Source: a virus (lineage: Duplodnaviria > Caudoviricetes). From it: 45,790 nt of DNA. A program made the position numbers and the translations under genes. The notes beneath the pieces are model-generated. The model worked only from the letters and a program-made list of their open reading frames with translations, was not told the origin of the DNA and searched no databases. The stretch is from IMG/VR virus record IMGVR_UViG_3300012167_000015, positions 1 through 45,790 of that record; one strand, 5' to 3'. Shown here piece after piece: positions 1-8,632 of the stretch (positions within the stretch are counted from its first letter, which is position 1; each line of letters starts with the position of its first letter).

Positions 1-348
1 GCCGGCCTTGATGCCCCCGCCGGCTTCGATGCCCCCGCCGGCTTCGATGCCCCCGCCGGCCTTGATGCCCCCGCCGGCCTTGATGCCCCCGCCGGCTTTG
101 ATGCCCCCGCCGGCCTTGATGCCCTCGCCGGCCTTGATGCCCTCGCCGGCTTCGATGCCCCCGCCGGCTTCGATGCCCTCGCCGGCCTTGATGCCCCAGC
201 CGGCTTCGATGCCCCAGCCGGCTTCGATGCCCCCGCCGGCCTTGATGCCCCCGCCGGCTTCGATGCCCCCGCCGGCCTTGATGCCCCAGCCGGCTTCGAT
301 GCCCCCGCCGGCCTTGATGCCCCCGCCGGCCTTGATGCCCCCGCCGGC
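1..348. repeat. 18-bp tandem repeat array (about 19 units), left part
   Basis: Units gccggc(ctt/ttc/ttt)gatgcc(ccc/ctc/cca) read directly from the sequence; no spacers. Confidence 0.97.
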
Positions 349-666
349 CCGCAGCCAGCCTTTGAACTGGACCCACCGCCTGGTCGACAGCTCGATGATG
401 ATGTGGCCGTCGAACTCGCGGCCTTCGCCGACCTGGTCGCCGGTGTACCAGCCGTCTGGGTCGAAGTCGTCGTCGACGAGCACGAGTCGGGGCTTGCCGC
501 CTTCGTAGGCGGGGGGCAGCAGGCCGCGTTCTTCGCCGGCGGGCTGCTGGCTGGCGGCATCACCGAGGATGGGTATCTTGACGGTCCCGTTGTTGCCGAG
601 CTCCACGATGCACCGGTCGATGGCGTCGCGGAGATCGGTGAGGGCGTTGGTGGCAAGATCGGTCAT
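1..666 (-). CDS. Hexapeptide-repeat (xGI[KE]AG) probable beta-helix protein, N-terminal part; continues across the contig junction into 45790-45203
   Basis: ATG at 666 overlaps the helicase stop (ATGA). Manual translation: MTDLATNALTDLRDAIDRC...RWVQFKGWLRAGGGIKAGGGIKAG..., open to base 1. Missing from the ORF track because it runs off the end. Confidence 0.85.
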   Translation of the reverse strand, partial: MTDLATNALTDLRDAIDRCIVELGNNGTVKIPILGDAASQQPAGEERGLLPPAYEGGKPRLVLVDDDFDPDGWYTGDQVGEGREFDGHIIIELSTRRWVQFKGWLRAGGGIKAGGGIKAGGGIEAGWGIKAGGGIEAGGGIKAGGGIEAGWGIEAGWGIKAGEGIEAGGGIEAGEGIKAGEGIKAGGGIKAGGGIKAGGGIKAGGGIEAGGGIEAGGGIKAG

Positions 667-2186
667 GGCTTCAGTCCTTCGTGGTTGTGGATCTCTTCGA
701 GCCACGGCCAGGCGAGCTGCACCGTGGTGGGGTCGAGCGCTTCGCGGGCGCGGGTGACGGCGACGTACAGGAGGCGGAGCTCTTCGCGGGGCAGGCCGGC
801 TTCGTCGTCGCGGTCGACGTCGAGGTCCTCGGCGAGCCGGACGGTCGGCCACTCGCGGCCCTTGGCTTTGTGGGCGGTGGAGACGACGACGTCGGCCTGC
901 CGCTCGGCGGGGAGGTCGAGGAGGATCGCCATGAGCCGCTTGGCGGAGAAGCGCTTCACGAGGTCGACGAGGAGGGTGAGCTCGTAGCCCTGCTCGTCGG
1001 TCGCGACGTACTCGAGGACCTCGATCCAGCTGTCGAAGCAGGCGAGGTCCGGGTGGGACGCCTTCGATCCGTCCTGGAGCTGTTGGGCGCCGCGGGCGAA
1101 GTCGATGATCTCCCGGCCGCCACCGAGCACGTGCGGCCGGCGGCCGCGTTCGAGCTGGGTGATCACCTCGAGCATCACCCGGGCGTTGGTGCGGGTGAGC
1201 GCACAGGTGACCTCGTCGTCGATGACGTAGCCGACGCGGCCGGGGGTGTCCGGGAGGCCGGTGAGCCGGAGTGGCGCGTCGAGGGCGCCGAGGATCCCGT
1301 TGGCCGCGTGGGCGATGGTGTCGCCGAACCGCCACGACTGGGTGAGCATGCGGGTGTGGTCGGCGGCGATCCCGTCGAGCGCGTTGATGGCTCCGGTGAA
1401 ACTGTAGATCTGCTGCTGGGAGTCGCCGATCCACCCGAGCTGGGCGTGGTCCTGGGCGGCGACGACGGCGGCCATCACCGGGTTGGCGTCCTGGGCTTCG
1501 TCGAACAGGATGAAGTCGCGTTCGAGCCGCGGGTTCGAGAGCTGCCAGAGCTTCAGGTAGTGCTCGTGCTTGAACGGGAGCTCGCCGTCGATCGATGACA
1601 GGTCGGCCCACGCGGTGGCGACAGCGGGGAGGACGGCGGCCGCCAGCTGCTGCTGGCCGGAGGTGCCGGTGCCGGGCCAGTCGATGCCCTCCTGGTACGG
1701 GACGTGCTGGGGGCCCGGCTCGAGGTCGGCGGACTGGCAGAACCGGGTGACGGTCCGCATGGCGATGCCAGCGACACGCCAGGGGGCGAGGACGCGGGCG
1801 TGGCCGGGGATGTCGATGCGCAGCGGCCGGATCCCGAGGAGCTTGGCGATGTCGCTGGAGCGCATGCGGGGGGCGTCGAGGCGGTGCCGGTAGTCGGCGC
1901 CGACGGCGGCGTACGCGAGGGAGTGGGCGGTGCGGCACTGGACGTTGCCGGGCATGCGCTTGCCGGCGTCGACGACGAGCGCCTTGTTGAACGCCAGGTA
2001 GTAGCCGGTGCGCTTCGTGGCCCGGGCGACCATGCCCAACGTGGTGGTCTTCCCGGTGCCGGCACCGGCCTCGACCTTGAAGCTGTCGCCGGTGTCGAAC
2101 AGGTCGATGATGGCCTGCTGCTCGACGGTGGGTTCCGGCTGGGCAGGGGGCGTCCAGGCCATGAACTCGATGGCGGAGCTGCTCAC
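663..2186 (-). CDS. UvrD/Rep-like superfamily 1 helicase
   Basis: AGAGTGKT Walker A, DEAQD Walker B, GDSQQQIYSF, LTQSWRFG, STAHKAKGREW and LLYVAVTRAR motifs. GTG start at 2186 overlaps the upstream stop. Confidence 0.93.
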   Translation of the reverse strand: MSSSAIEFMAWTPPAQPEPTVEQQAIIDLFDTGDSFKVEAGAGTGKTTTLGMVARATKRTGYYLAFNKALVVDAGKRMPGNVQCRTAHSLAYAAVGADYRHRLDAPRMRSSDIAKLLGIRPLRIDIPGHARVLAPWRVAGIAMRTVTRFCQSADLEPGPQHVPYQEGIDWPGTGTSGQQQLAAAVLPAVATAWADLSSIDGELPFKHEHYLKLWQLSNPRLERDFILFDEAQDANPVMAAVVAAQDHAQLGWIGDSQQQIYSFTGAINALDGIAADHTRMLTQSWRFGDTIAHAANGILGALDAPLRLTGLPDTPGRVGYVIDDEVTCALTRTNARVMLEVITQLERGRRPHVLGGGREIIDFARGAQQLQDGSKASHPDLACFDSWIEVLEYVATDEQGYELTLLVDLVKRFSAKRLMAILLDLPAERQADVVVSTAHKAKGREWPTVRLAEDLDVDRDDEAGLPREELRLLYVAVTRAREALDPTTVQLAWPWLEEIHNHEGLKP

Positions 2187-2434
2187 CCGCGCTCCCCTAT
2201 CGCCGCGACGACGTCGAGCACTTCGAGGTGGCGGCCACACTCGAGCAGCAGCTCGAGCTCGGCGTCGGTCAGACACGACGAGCACAGCGGACCGATGCCA
2301 GCTGGGTCGTCGACCCACCAGCAGCCGCCGTCGCACGCTGCCCAGTCGGTGCAGCCGCAGAGCCGGCAGGCGGTGGGCTCGCGACCCGGGGTGTTCCCAC
2401 CCCGGGTCTCCGTGCCATGGTCGGTTGGGCTCAT
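2183..2434 (-). CDS. Small Cys-rich zinc-binding phage protein
   Basis: CRLCGCTDWAAC..GCWWV...LCSSC pattern; overlapping start/stop codons on both sides. Confidence 0.75.
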   Translation of the reverse strand: MSPTDHGTETRGGNTPGREPTACRLCGCTDWAACDGGCWWVDDPAGIGPLCSSCLTDAELELLLECGRHLEVLDVVAAIGERG

Positions 2435-2862
2435 CCGGGGAGCAGGTCGTCGACCGAGGTGGTGGCGACCGGCGGCTGGTAGGCGGCGCTGTAGATCTTC
2501 AGCGGGTTGCCCTTGCCGGTGTCCTTCTCCTCGGTGAACCGCACCGCGAGGGTGCCGCCTTCGGCGAGCCCGGCCACCGACGACTTGTCACACGCCTCCT
2601 TGATGGCGGCGGCCATGGGCTTGCGGGCCTCGACCCACAGGGCCCACGTGTCGCCGGCGTCGTCGCGGACGGCGACAACCATCTTCCGGAGCTTCACGCC
2701 CGGCGAGCCCATCTTGTCGACGTCGAGGACCCGGGGCCGCTCGACGATGACGCCCTTGAGGGTGTCGCCAATCGTCGAGAACTTGAAGCCGGGATGCTTC
2801 TCGCCGTCGAACGGGGCCGAGTCGTCCAGGAAGTCCTGGACATCGCGGTCGATCGTGCTCAT
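2431..2862 (-). CDS. Single-stranded DNA-binding protein (actinophage type)
   Basis: GFKFSTIGDTLKGVI...GGTLAVRFTEE..KIYSAAY pattern with an acidic tail; AAGGAG RBS; adjacent to the exonuclease. Confidence 0.7.
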   Translation of the reverse strand: MSTIDRDVQDFLDDSAPFDGEKHPGFKFSTIGDTLKGVIVERPRVLDVDKMGSPGVKLRKMVVAVRDDAGDTWALWVEARKPMAAAIKEACDKSSVAGLAEGGTLAVRFTEEKDTGKGNPLKIYSAAYQPPVATTSVDDLLPG

Positions 2863-2898
2863 GTCTGTGTCTCCTTCGTTGCTTTCGTTGGGTGTTGG

Positions 2899-4803
2899 TC
2901 AGCCCTCGCCGTCGGGCCCGTAGAGGACCAGCGCGACGAGAGCCACGTCCGCCGCCACCTGCGCGGCGGAACGGGGTGCCACAAGCCCGTGGCGGGCGGC
3001 GGCGGTCTTGGCGACGGTGACGAGCTCCGTCTTCGTCTTGAACGAGCGGGTCAGGGCGACGTCGCCGACGGTCGACAGCGTCACGGCCGGGGTGTGGTCG
3101 TCCCAGGTGAAGTCGAGGTGGTCGATCTCGAGGGCGCGGACGACCGCCTCCAGTCGTTCGACGGCGAGGCCGTCGAGGCGGGCGTTCGGGGTGTCGGCAT
3201 CCACGTGGGCGGCCTGCTTGATGGCGGCGAGCATCGACGGTTCGTCGAACTCGGACGCGATGTGCTCGACCGCCTGCACCCGGGCGACCCCTTGGGCGAC
3301 CTTGGCGGCGAGGACGTCGCGGATGAACTCGGCGTGTTCGGGCGTCCAGTTGTGCTGGCGGGTCGGGACCCCGTGGTTGGCGCAGAGCGCGTCGGCTTCG
3401 GCGCGCAGATCGATGGGGAGGCTGTCGTAGGTGGCCTTGAGTCGGTCGATGTCGTCGACGTCGGCCTTCGGGGGGCGTGGCTGGATCTCCGCTTCGCTGG
3501 GCGGTTCGATCGTGTTGGGCTGCCGTCCGAGCGGCCCCGGCTCCTTCGGGATGTTGTCGTAGAACGGGGCTTCGCACTCTTTCTCGGCGGCCACTACGCA
3601 CGCCTCGACCTCGAGGACCTGCGCCCAGGTGGTCGGACCGCCCTGCTTGAAGGTGGGGACGCCGGCCGGCCAGTGGATCAGGTAGGCGGGGGTGCCGAGA
3701 TCCACGGCGGCCTTCAGCCGTTCCCCCAGGTGGGCGACGGCGACGGCCAGCCCGGTCGGTCCGGGGTCGATCTTCTGTGGCTCGTCGGCCGCCGTGTCGC
3801 GCTTGGGGACGGCGGGGGCGGCGAGCATCGCCTCGAGGTCATCGACCGCCGGGGCCGGCTCCGGCTCGGCCGTGGCGCCGTTGGTGGCGGGAGGGTCGAG
3901 GAGCTGCCCGAGGTCGGCGGCTGCGATGATGTCGGGAAGGTCGGCGAGGAGAGTTCCGAGCTTCTTGGAGCGGTTGCGCCAGTCCCGGGCCCACATGGCC
4001 TGCTGGACGGCTTCCCAGCCGGCGACGATGTCGACGACCAGCAGCGTGCATGTCGCTTGCCCGGGGGGCAGGTGCATGACGATCGCCTGCTCCTTGTTGA
4101 CCTCCGGCATCGGCTCGCGGGTCTTCGTCTTCGGATTCCAGATGAAGTCGCCGTGCGCGTAGAGCGCGAGCTGCATCGCGATCTCGCCGAGCTCGTAGAG
4201 CTCCTTGGCGGTCTTGAGGTCACCGACCACGGGGAGCGAACCGAGGCGGGGAACCTGCAGGAGCCGGTCGAAGGTGCCGGCGATCCCGAGTTCCTCGAGG
4301 ACGACGACCCGTTCGATCATCGACGGCACCACGGTAACGTGTCGCTGGCGGAGCTCGAGGGCGTAGGCCCGCAGGTCGGCGTCCCAGGGGGCAGGGACGG
4401 CGGAGACGTCGTCGCCGCGGTCGTGCCGTTCGGTGAAGGAGTGGAGGGCGGTGCCGAGGTTCCGGCCGACGGTGGCGGCGGCGGCTTCCTGGGCTTCCTC
4501 GAGGAGGGCGTTGAGGGTCTTGCGGTCGTCGGGGTCGCAGGCGGCGACGCGGGCGTACAGGTCGGCGCGGCGGGTGAGGCCGATGGCGGTCATCCGCTTG
4601 CCCCAGAGCTCGAGGTTGTACGTGTCGGAGAGGGTCTTGGCGACGGTGGTGGCCCGGGTGTGGGCGACCTTCTTCTTCGGGTCGTCCTCGGCCGGGATGA
4701 GGTAGCGGCCGTACCGGTCGCGTTCGATGCCGTCGTCGACGACCACGTCGGCCGCGGCCGTTGCGGTGGTGTCGTTGAGGAAGTCCGCGATGACGTCAAT
4801 CAC
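2899..4803 (-). CDS. PD-(D/E)xK exonuclease (RecB/Cas4-like) with long C-terminal extension
   Basis: RDRYGRY, TRATT, GTALH, IAGTFDRL, GDLKT and QLALYA motifs. Start set at GTG 4803. Confidence 0.85.
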   Translation of the reverse strand: MIDVIADFLNDTTATAAADVVVDDGIERDRYGRYLIPAEDDPKKKVAHTRATTVAKTLSDTYNLELWGKRMTAIGLTRRADLYARVAACDPDDRKTLNALLEEAQEAAAATVGRNLGTALHSFTERHDRGDDVSAVPAPWDADLRAYALELRQRHVTVVPSMIERVVVLEELGIAGTFDRLLQVPRLGSLPVVGDLKTAKELYELGEIAMQLALYAHGDFIWNPKTKTREPMPEVNKEQAIVMHLPPGQATCTLLVVDIVAGWEAVQQAMWARDWRNRSKKLGTLLADLPDIIAAADLGQLLDPPATNGATAEPEPAPAVDDLEAMLAAPAVPKRDTAADEPQKIDPGPTGLAVAVAHLGERLKAAVDLGTPAYLIHWPAGVPTFKQGGPTTWAQVLEVEACVVAAEKECEAPFYDNIPKEPGPLGRQPNTIEPPSEAEIQPRPPKADVDDIDRLKATYDSLPIDLRAEADALCANHGVPTRQHNWTPEHAEFIRDVLAAKVAQGVARVQAVEHIASEFDEPSMLAAIKQAAHVDADTPNARLDGLAVERLEAVVRALEIDHLDFTWDDHTPAVTLSTVGDVALTRSFKTKTELVTVAKTAAARHGLVAPRSAAQVAADVALVALVLYGPDGEG

Positions 4804-5359
4804 CGGTGTGCGCCTTCTCGTACCGGTTGGCGGTGATGCCGAGCAGCTCGAGGAGGTCCATGACCTTGTCGGCGTCGACCGCCGTCTGCAGTGGGCAGAT
4901 GTGCGTGTCGTCTTCGTGTTGGACGACGACCAGGTGCACACCGGGCGGGCCCGTGCCGTTGGTCGGCGGCATCACGTTCTTGGGCCCCCGTCCCTTCGCG
5001 GCTGGCGTCTTCACCGGGGCACGCTTCGCCGGCGGCTGGGGGGGGGTCTGGGCCTTCGCGCCCTTGTGGCCCCGAGCCCTGTGGATCGACAGCGCGTGTT
5101 CGGTTCCGAACGTCCGGATGCAGCCGGTCTCCGGGCAGGCGATGGCCTTCGTGGTGGTGTCGGGCATCGGCGTGCCCTCCTTGCGTTGGGTGGATGAAGG
5201 TGGAGGTGGCGGGGTCTGGCCGTAGCGGCCGTGGCAGGTGTCGGTGCACCGCGCCCTCAGGCGTGCGCACGTCGCGTGCTGGCCGCGACGGCACCAGGAC
5301 GAGAAGCCGGCCTTGGCGTCGCGGACGATCGGCGGGTCGTCGACCTCGATGACGTTCAT
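4796..5359 (-). CDS. C2H2 zinc-finger protein (possible internal start at 5167)
   Basis: CPETGCIRTFGTEHALSIHRARGH fits C-x4-C-x3-F-x5-L-x2-H-x4-H. ATG 5359 overlaps the upstream stop; an AAGGAGG RBS precedes ATG 5167. Confidence 0.7.
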   Translation of the reverse strand: MNVIEVDDPPIVRDAKAGFSSWCRRGQHATCARLRARCTDTCHGRYGQTPPPPPSSTQRKEGTPMPDTTTKAIACPETGCIRTFGTEHALSIHRARGHKGAKAQTPPQPPAKRAPVKTPAAKGRGPKNVMPPTNGTGPPGVHLVVVQHEDDTHICPLQTAVDADKVMDLLELLGITANRYEKAHTGD

Positions 5360-5490
5360 CGCCGACTCTGTTCGCGGAACACCTCGGCCCGGCCGTGCAG
5401 GCGGCCGGAGCGCCAGCCGTTCTCGTGGCCGGCGATGTAGCCGAAGCACCCGGCGACGACCATGAGCACGAGGACGGCGTAGAGATTCAC
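5356..5490 (-). CDS. 44-aa single-TM membrane protein
   Basis: Manual translation MNLYAVLVLMVVAGCFGYIAGHENGWRSGRLHGRAEVFREQSRR; GTGA and ATGA overlaps with its neighbours. Confidence 0.7.
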   Translation of the reverse strand: MNLYAVLVLMVVAGCFGYIAGHENGWRSGRLHGRAEVFREQSRR

Positions 5491-5996
5491 GCCGGCACCG
5501 CCTGGGCGTCGACGTTGGCTACGGCCATCGCGGCGGTCACGTCGAGCCGCTCGACCCCGCCGTGGTCCAGCGGCGTGGCCTGGACCCAGGCGCCGGTGCG
5601 GCCGTCGACGAGCGGGTAGTCCTTGGTGGCCACCACGTGGACGACCTGGGCGTCGTCACCCCAGACCGCGGCTTCGGTCATGGCGTCGAGGACGGCCCTG
5701 ACGAGTTTGTCGAGGTCGGGGCGCTTCGCCGCCCACGTGCGCCTGGTCTTCGGCGCGGAGGTCGGCCGGGGAACGGAGAAGTGGACGCGCAGGGCGACGG
5801 GGCCGGCGAACGGTTCGGCTTCCGCACCGCGGGCGGCCGCGGCGGCGATCCGGACGGTGGCGCGCCACTCGGTGAACGCGTTGCGCGCCTTCCCGCGCCG
5901 GCCTTCGACGACGACGGCGCGGCCGCCGCGGACGATGGCGGACTTGCTCCCCTGCGGTTGGGGGGTGCCGGGGGCGAAGAACGCGACGACGGTCAT
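5487..5996 (-). CDS. rusA: RusA-family Holliday junction resolvase
   Basis: PGTPQPQGSK, KRPDLDKLVRAVLDAM and WGDDAQV motifs. Confidence 0.93.
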   Translation of the reverse strand: MTVVAFFAPGTPQPQGSKSAIVRGGRAVVVEGRRGKARNAFTEWRATVRIAAAAARGAEAEPFAGPVALRVHFSVPRPTSAPKTRRTWAAKRPDLDKLVRAVLDAMTEAAVWGDDAQVVHVVATKDYPLVDGRTGAWVQATPLDHGGVERLDVTAAMAVANVDAQAVPA

Positions 5997-6286
5997 CGGT
6001 CACCTCCCCAGACGATGTAAAGGCAGCCCTCACGGGTCTGGTCGGCGTGGTGGACGAACGCTCGGCCGCCGTGGTCCGAGGCGATGGCGAGCACGGTGGC
6101 GATGTCGTCGTGGAGAACGCCCGCCAGGCCGCGGCCGTTGACGATGACCTCGTATTCGGCGCCACCGTTGGCCGGCATGGTGATGGCCCGGAGCGTGGGG
6201 TTGAGGTCGGCGACGACGCAGGCGACGAACGCACCCAGGGCGGCCGCCTGGTGATCGGTGAACGCCGGGGTCTCGGTGACGGTCAT
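5993..6286 (-). CDS. Hypothetical protein
   Basis: Coupled start/stop overlaps within the early operon. Confidence 0.65.
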   Translation of the reverse strand: MTVTETPAFTDHQAAALGAFVACVVADLNPTLRAITMPANGGAEYEVIVNGRGLAGVLHDDIATVLAIASDHGGRAFVHHADQTREGCLYIVWGGDR

Positions 6287-6363
6287 GGCCGCATCCGCCA
6301 GCCGACGACGAGGAGCGGGGCTTGGATGACGAGGCCGAGCAGGATCACGGCAACGAACCTCAC
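6283..6363 (-). CDS. 26-aa hydrophobic peptide
   Basis: MRFVAVILLGLVIQAPLLVVGWRMRP exactly fills the gap, with 4-bp overlaps on both sides. Confidence 0.6.
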   Translation of the reverse strand: MRFVAVILLGLVIQAPLLVVGWRMRP

Positions 6364-6668
6364 CGGGCCACCGCCCCGACCTGCATGTGCAAGCGCCGCT
6401 GGTACCCGTCGATGTCGCCGCCTGGGTTGCAATAGCTGCAACAAGTGCTACAGACGCGGAAGAGTTCGCCGTCGCACTCCCAGGTGCAGGTGTCGGGGCG
6501 CCCGCAACCTTGGGAGCACGACAGCTCCGGCCCGTCGCTCTCCCCTACCCGGGCAGCACCCGTCGTCGAGGCGGGGAGAGACAGCGACACACACCCGGAG
6601 TGCGGGGGGGTGGGCCGGTCGTCGCCGTTATGAAACGCACGCCACAGCGCGGCGAGGATCCGACTCAC
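6360..6668 (-). CDS. Cys-rich hypothetical protein
   Basis: CSQGC..CTWEC..CSTCCSYC; coupled to the ParB stop. Confidence 0.55.
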   Translation of the reverse strand: MSRILAALWRAFHNGDDRPTPPHSGCVSLSLPASTTGAARVGESDGPELSCSQGCGRPDTCTWECDGELFRVCSTCCSYCNPGGDIDGYQRRLHMQVGAVAR

Positions 6669-8014
6669 GACTCGGCCGTCTTCGCGTCGTCGTCGACGGC
6701 AGTTTCGGTGCCCTGGCCGGTGATGCGGTCGAGGACGGCCTGCTCGTCGGCCGAGACCTGGTAGCCGGCGGCCTTCAGATAGGCGTAGGTGCGCTCGACG
6801 TCACGGTCCAGCCCGGCACCGTCGGGCTTGTACTCCAGGTTGCTGAACTGGAACTCGGTGAGCGTGGCGGCCAGCAGCGCCTTCAGGTGGTTGGTCTGGG
6901 TGGCGCCGGCGAACTCGCGGATGAGACGGCCCGCCTCCTCCCACCGGTCAGCTTCCTCGTCGAGCTCGAGACCGAGGAGCTCGGCGACGGCAGGGGCCTC
7001 CGCGTCCATGTAGACGTCCCCGACGACCCACTCGAGAAGCCACGCGTTCACATGGGCCTGCGCCGCCTTCGCGTCGACCTTCCCGGCGAGGTGCGCCTTG
7101 ATGAAGTCGCCGTGCGCCGCGGACGTCTGCGTGAACAGCAGGTCCCGCTGCTCGCGGGCGAGGCGCTCCTTCTTCTGGGCCGCCGTCTCGCGGGGCTTCT
7201 TCGCCTTCGAGGCGGTGTCCTCGTCCTTGGGGGTGAGGAGCTGGATGCCGCCGTAGTTCGACAAGAAGAAGTGGGTCGCGCCGTCCTCGTCGGCGTGCTC
7301 GTACTTGAACCACAGGTACTTGTCGCTCTTCACCTCGAGGCGGCCGGCGTCGACCTGCTCCTGGCGCAACTTGGCTTTGGCCACCTCCCACTTCTCCACG
7401 TTGACGGCGTCGGCGATCTTGTACTCCTGGATCTGGCCCTTCGCCCCGGCGAGCTTCTCGACCGTCGTGCGGTCCTTGATCTGCGCCAGCACCTCGGCAC
7501 CGGAGATCGACAGCCGGCTCTCGGCTAGCGCCGTGTGGGCGGTTTCGGGGAGCTCGGCGAGGGCGAGCCGCTTCGACACGTGGGACTGCGACCGGCCGAC
7601 CTTCTCCGCCAGGTCCCGCTGCGTGAGGCCCAGGCCGGTGAGCCGCTGGTAGGCGAGCCCTTCGGAGACGGGGTCGATGGTGCGGCGGTGCAGGTTCTCG
7701 ACGACCATGCCGAGCCACCGTTCGGTCTTGTCGACGAACGTGCGGATGATGCACGGGATGGTGGTGAGGCCGGCTTCCTGGGCGGCGACGTAGCGGTGCC
7801 GGCCGAACGCAACCTCGTAGAGCCCGTCGACGAGCTCGACGACGATGATCGGCTGCAGCACACCGAGCTCCCGGATGGAGGCGGTGAGCTGTTCGATGGC
7901 GTCGGGGTCGATCGACCCGATGTTCTCGGCCGGGAGTGTCAGCTGGTCGATGGGGATCTCGACGGCGCCGGTGGTGTCCGGGGTCGCCGGGGAGAGGTCG
8001 AGGATGTCGGTCAT
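6665..8014 (-). CDS. ParB/Spo0J-like protein
   Basis: LTASIRELGVLQPIIV, GRHRYVAA, VVENLHR and an HTH (TQRDLAEKVGRSQSHVSKRLAL). Confidence 0.9.
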   Translation of the reverse strand: MTDILDLSPATPDTTGAVEIPIDQLTLPAENIGSIDPDAIEQLTASIRELGVLQPIIVVELVDGLYEVAFGRHRYVAAQEAGLTTIPCIIRTFVDKTERWLGMVVENLHRRTIDPVSEGLAYQRLTGLGLTQRDLAEKVGRSQSHVSKRLALAELPETAHTALAESRLSISGAEVLAQIKDRTTVEKLAGAKGQIQEYKIADAVNVEKWEVAKAKLRQEQVDAGRLEVKSDKYLWFKYEHADEDGATHFFLSNYGGIQLLTPKDEDTASKAKKPRETAAQKKERLAREQRDLLFTQTSAAHGDFIKAHLAGKVDAKAAQAHVNAWLLEWVVGDVYMDAEAPAVAELLGLELDEEADRWEEAGRLIREFAGATQTNHLKALLAATLTEFQFSNLEYKPDGAGLDRDVERTYAYLKAAGYQVSADEQAVLDRITGQGTETAVDDDAKTAES

Positions 8015-8054
8015 ATAGGTCCCTTCCGGGGTGGTGGTGGAGATTCCGGCGGAA

Positions 8055-8387
8055 TCAGGCGGTGAGGGGCTGGCCCCGACCGGCGGGCGGGCGTTCGCCG
8101 GCCGGGGCCTGGTCGTCGACGTCGCCAGGGGGATGCGGCGGGTCGACGGGTTGGAGCCGCCGAGGGGCGGTCGGCTCGTCGCTTTCGAGGTGGCGGCCGC
8201 AGAGGGCCTGCCAGTCGAAGGTGACAGCGGGGCAGCCGACGACCCGGCACGGCACGGCGTGCTCGCGGGGCAGCCGGTCCGTGGAGTCGGCGAGCCGGTC
8301 GTGCTCGTAGGCGTGCTGCCAGGCGTGGGCCCGCTCGAGGATGGCGTCGTGCCGTCCCTGTGCTTCGGTGAAGGTGTCGTACATCAC
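8055..8387 (-). CDS. Hypothetical protein with C-x4-C/C-x2-H motif
   Basis: PCRVVGC...LCGRH; GTG start overlaps the upstream stop. Confidence 0.6.
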   Translation of the reverse strand: MMYDTFTEAQGRHDAILERAHAWQHAYEHDRLADSTDRLPREHAVPCRVVGCPAVTFDWQALCGRHLESDEPTAPRRLQPVDPPHPPGDVDDQAPAGERPPAGRGQPLTA

Positions 8388-8632
8388 GGGAGCAGCTCCT
8401 CGATGGTGTCGGGGCATCCGGTGATGCCGAGGCGGCCGGCGGCGCGGGTGACCCAAGCGCGCCATTCGGGGGTGCCGTCGTCCCGGTGGAGCTCGGCTTC
8501 GATCAGCGCCTCGATGGGCATGGGCCCGTCGGCGGTGACCCGTTCCGGTGCGGTGATGCTGTGGACGCGGGTGAGACGGACGTACAGGGGCGAGTGCTGC
8601 GCGGCCTGGGTGTGGGCGACTCCCTGCATCAC
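8384..8632 (-). CDS. Hypothetical protein
   Basis: Coupled ORF in the early operon. Confidence 0.6.
   Translation of the reverse strand: MMQGVAHTQAAQHSPLYVRLTRVHSITAPERVTADGPMPIEALIEAELHRDDGTPEWRAWVTRAAGRLGITGCPDTIEELLP

Noticed and set aside
1-348. CRISPR array interpretation of the terminal repeats
   Set aside because: The units are contiguous 18-mers without spacers, encode an in-frame peptide repeat, and no cas operon is present.
8-508. Plus-strand MPPPAS/MPPPAL ORF
   Set aside because: Antisense shadow. The minus frame has coupled start and stop and globular flanking sequence.
2899-4803. Cas4 as evidence of a CRISPR system
   Set aside because: It is a stand-alone phage recombination exonuclease next to SSB and RusA.
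2008-4836. 942-aa plus-strand ORF and similar long antisense ORFs (e.g. 6047-7528, 30099-32054, 36478-37692)
   Set aside because: These are shadows of clear minus-strand genes, expected in high-GC DNA; they carry no motifs.
6665-8014. Plasmid-prophage ParABS partition system
   Set aside because: No ParA and no parS array were found; the phage has an integrase and attP.
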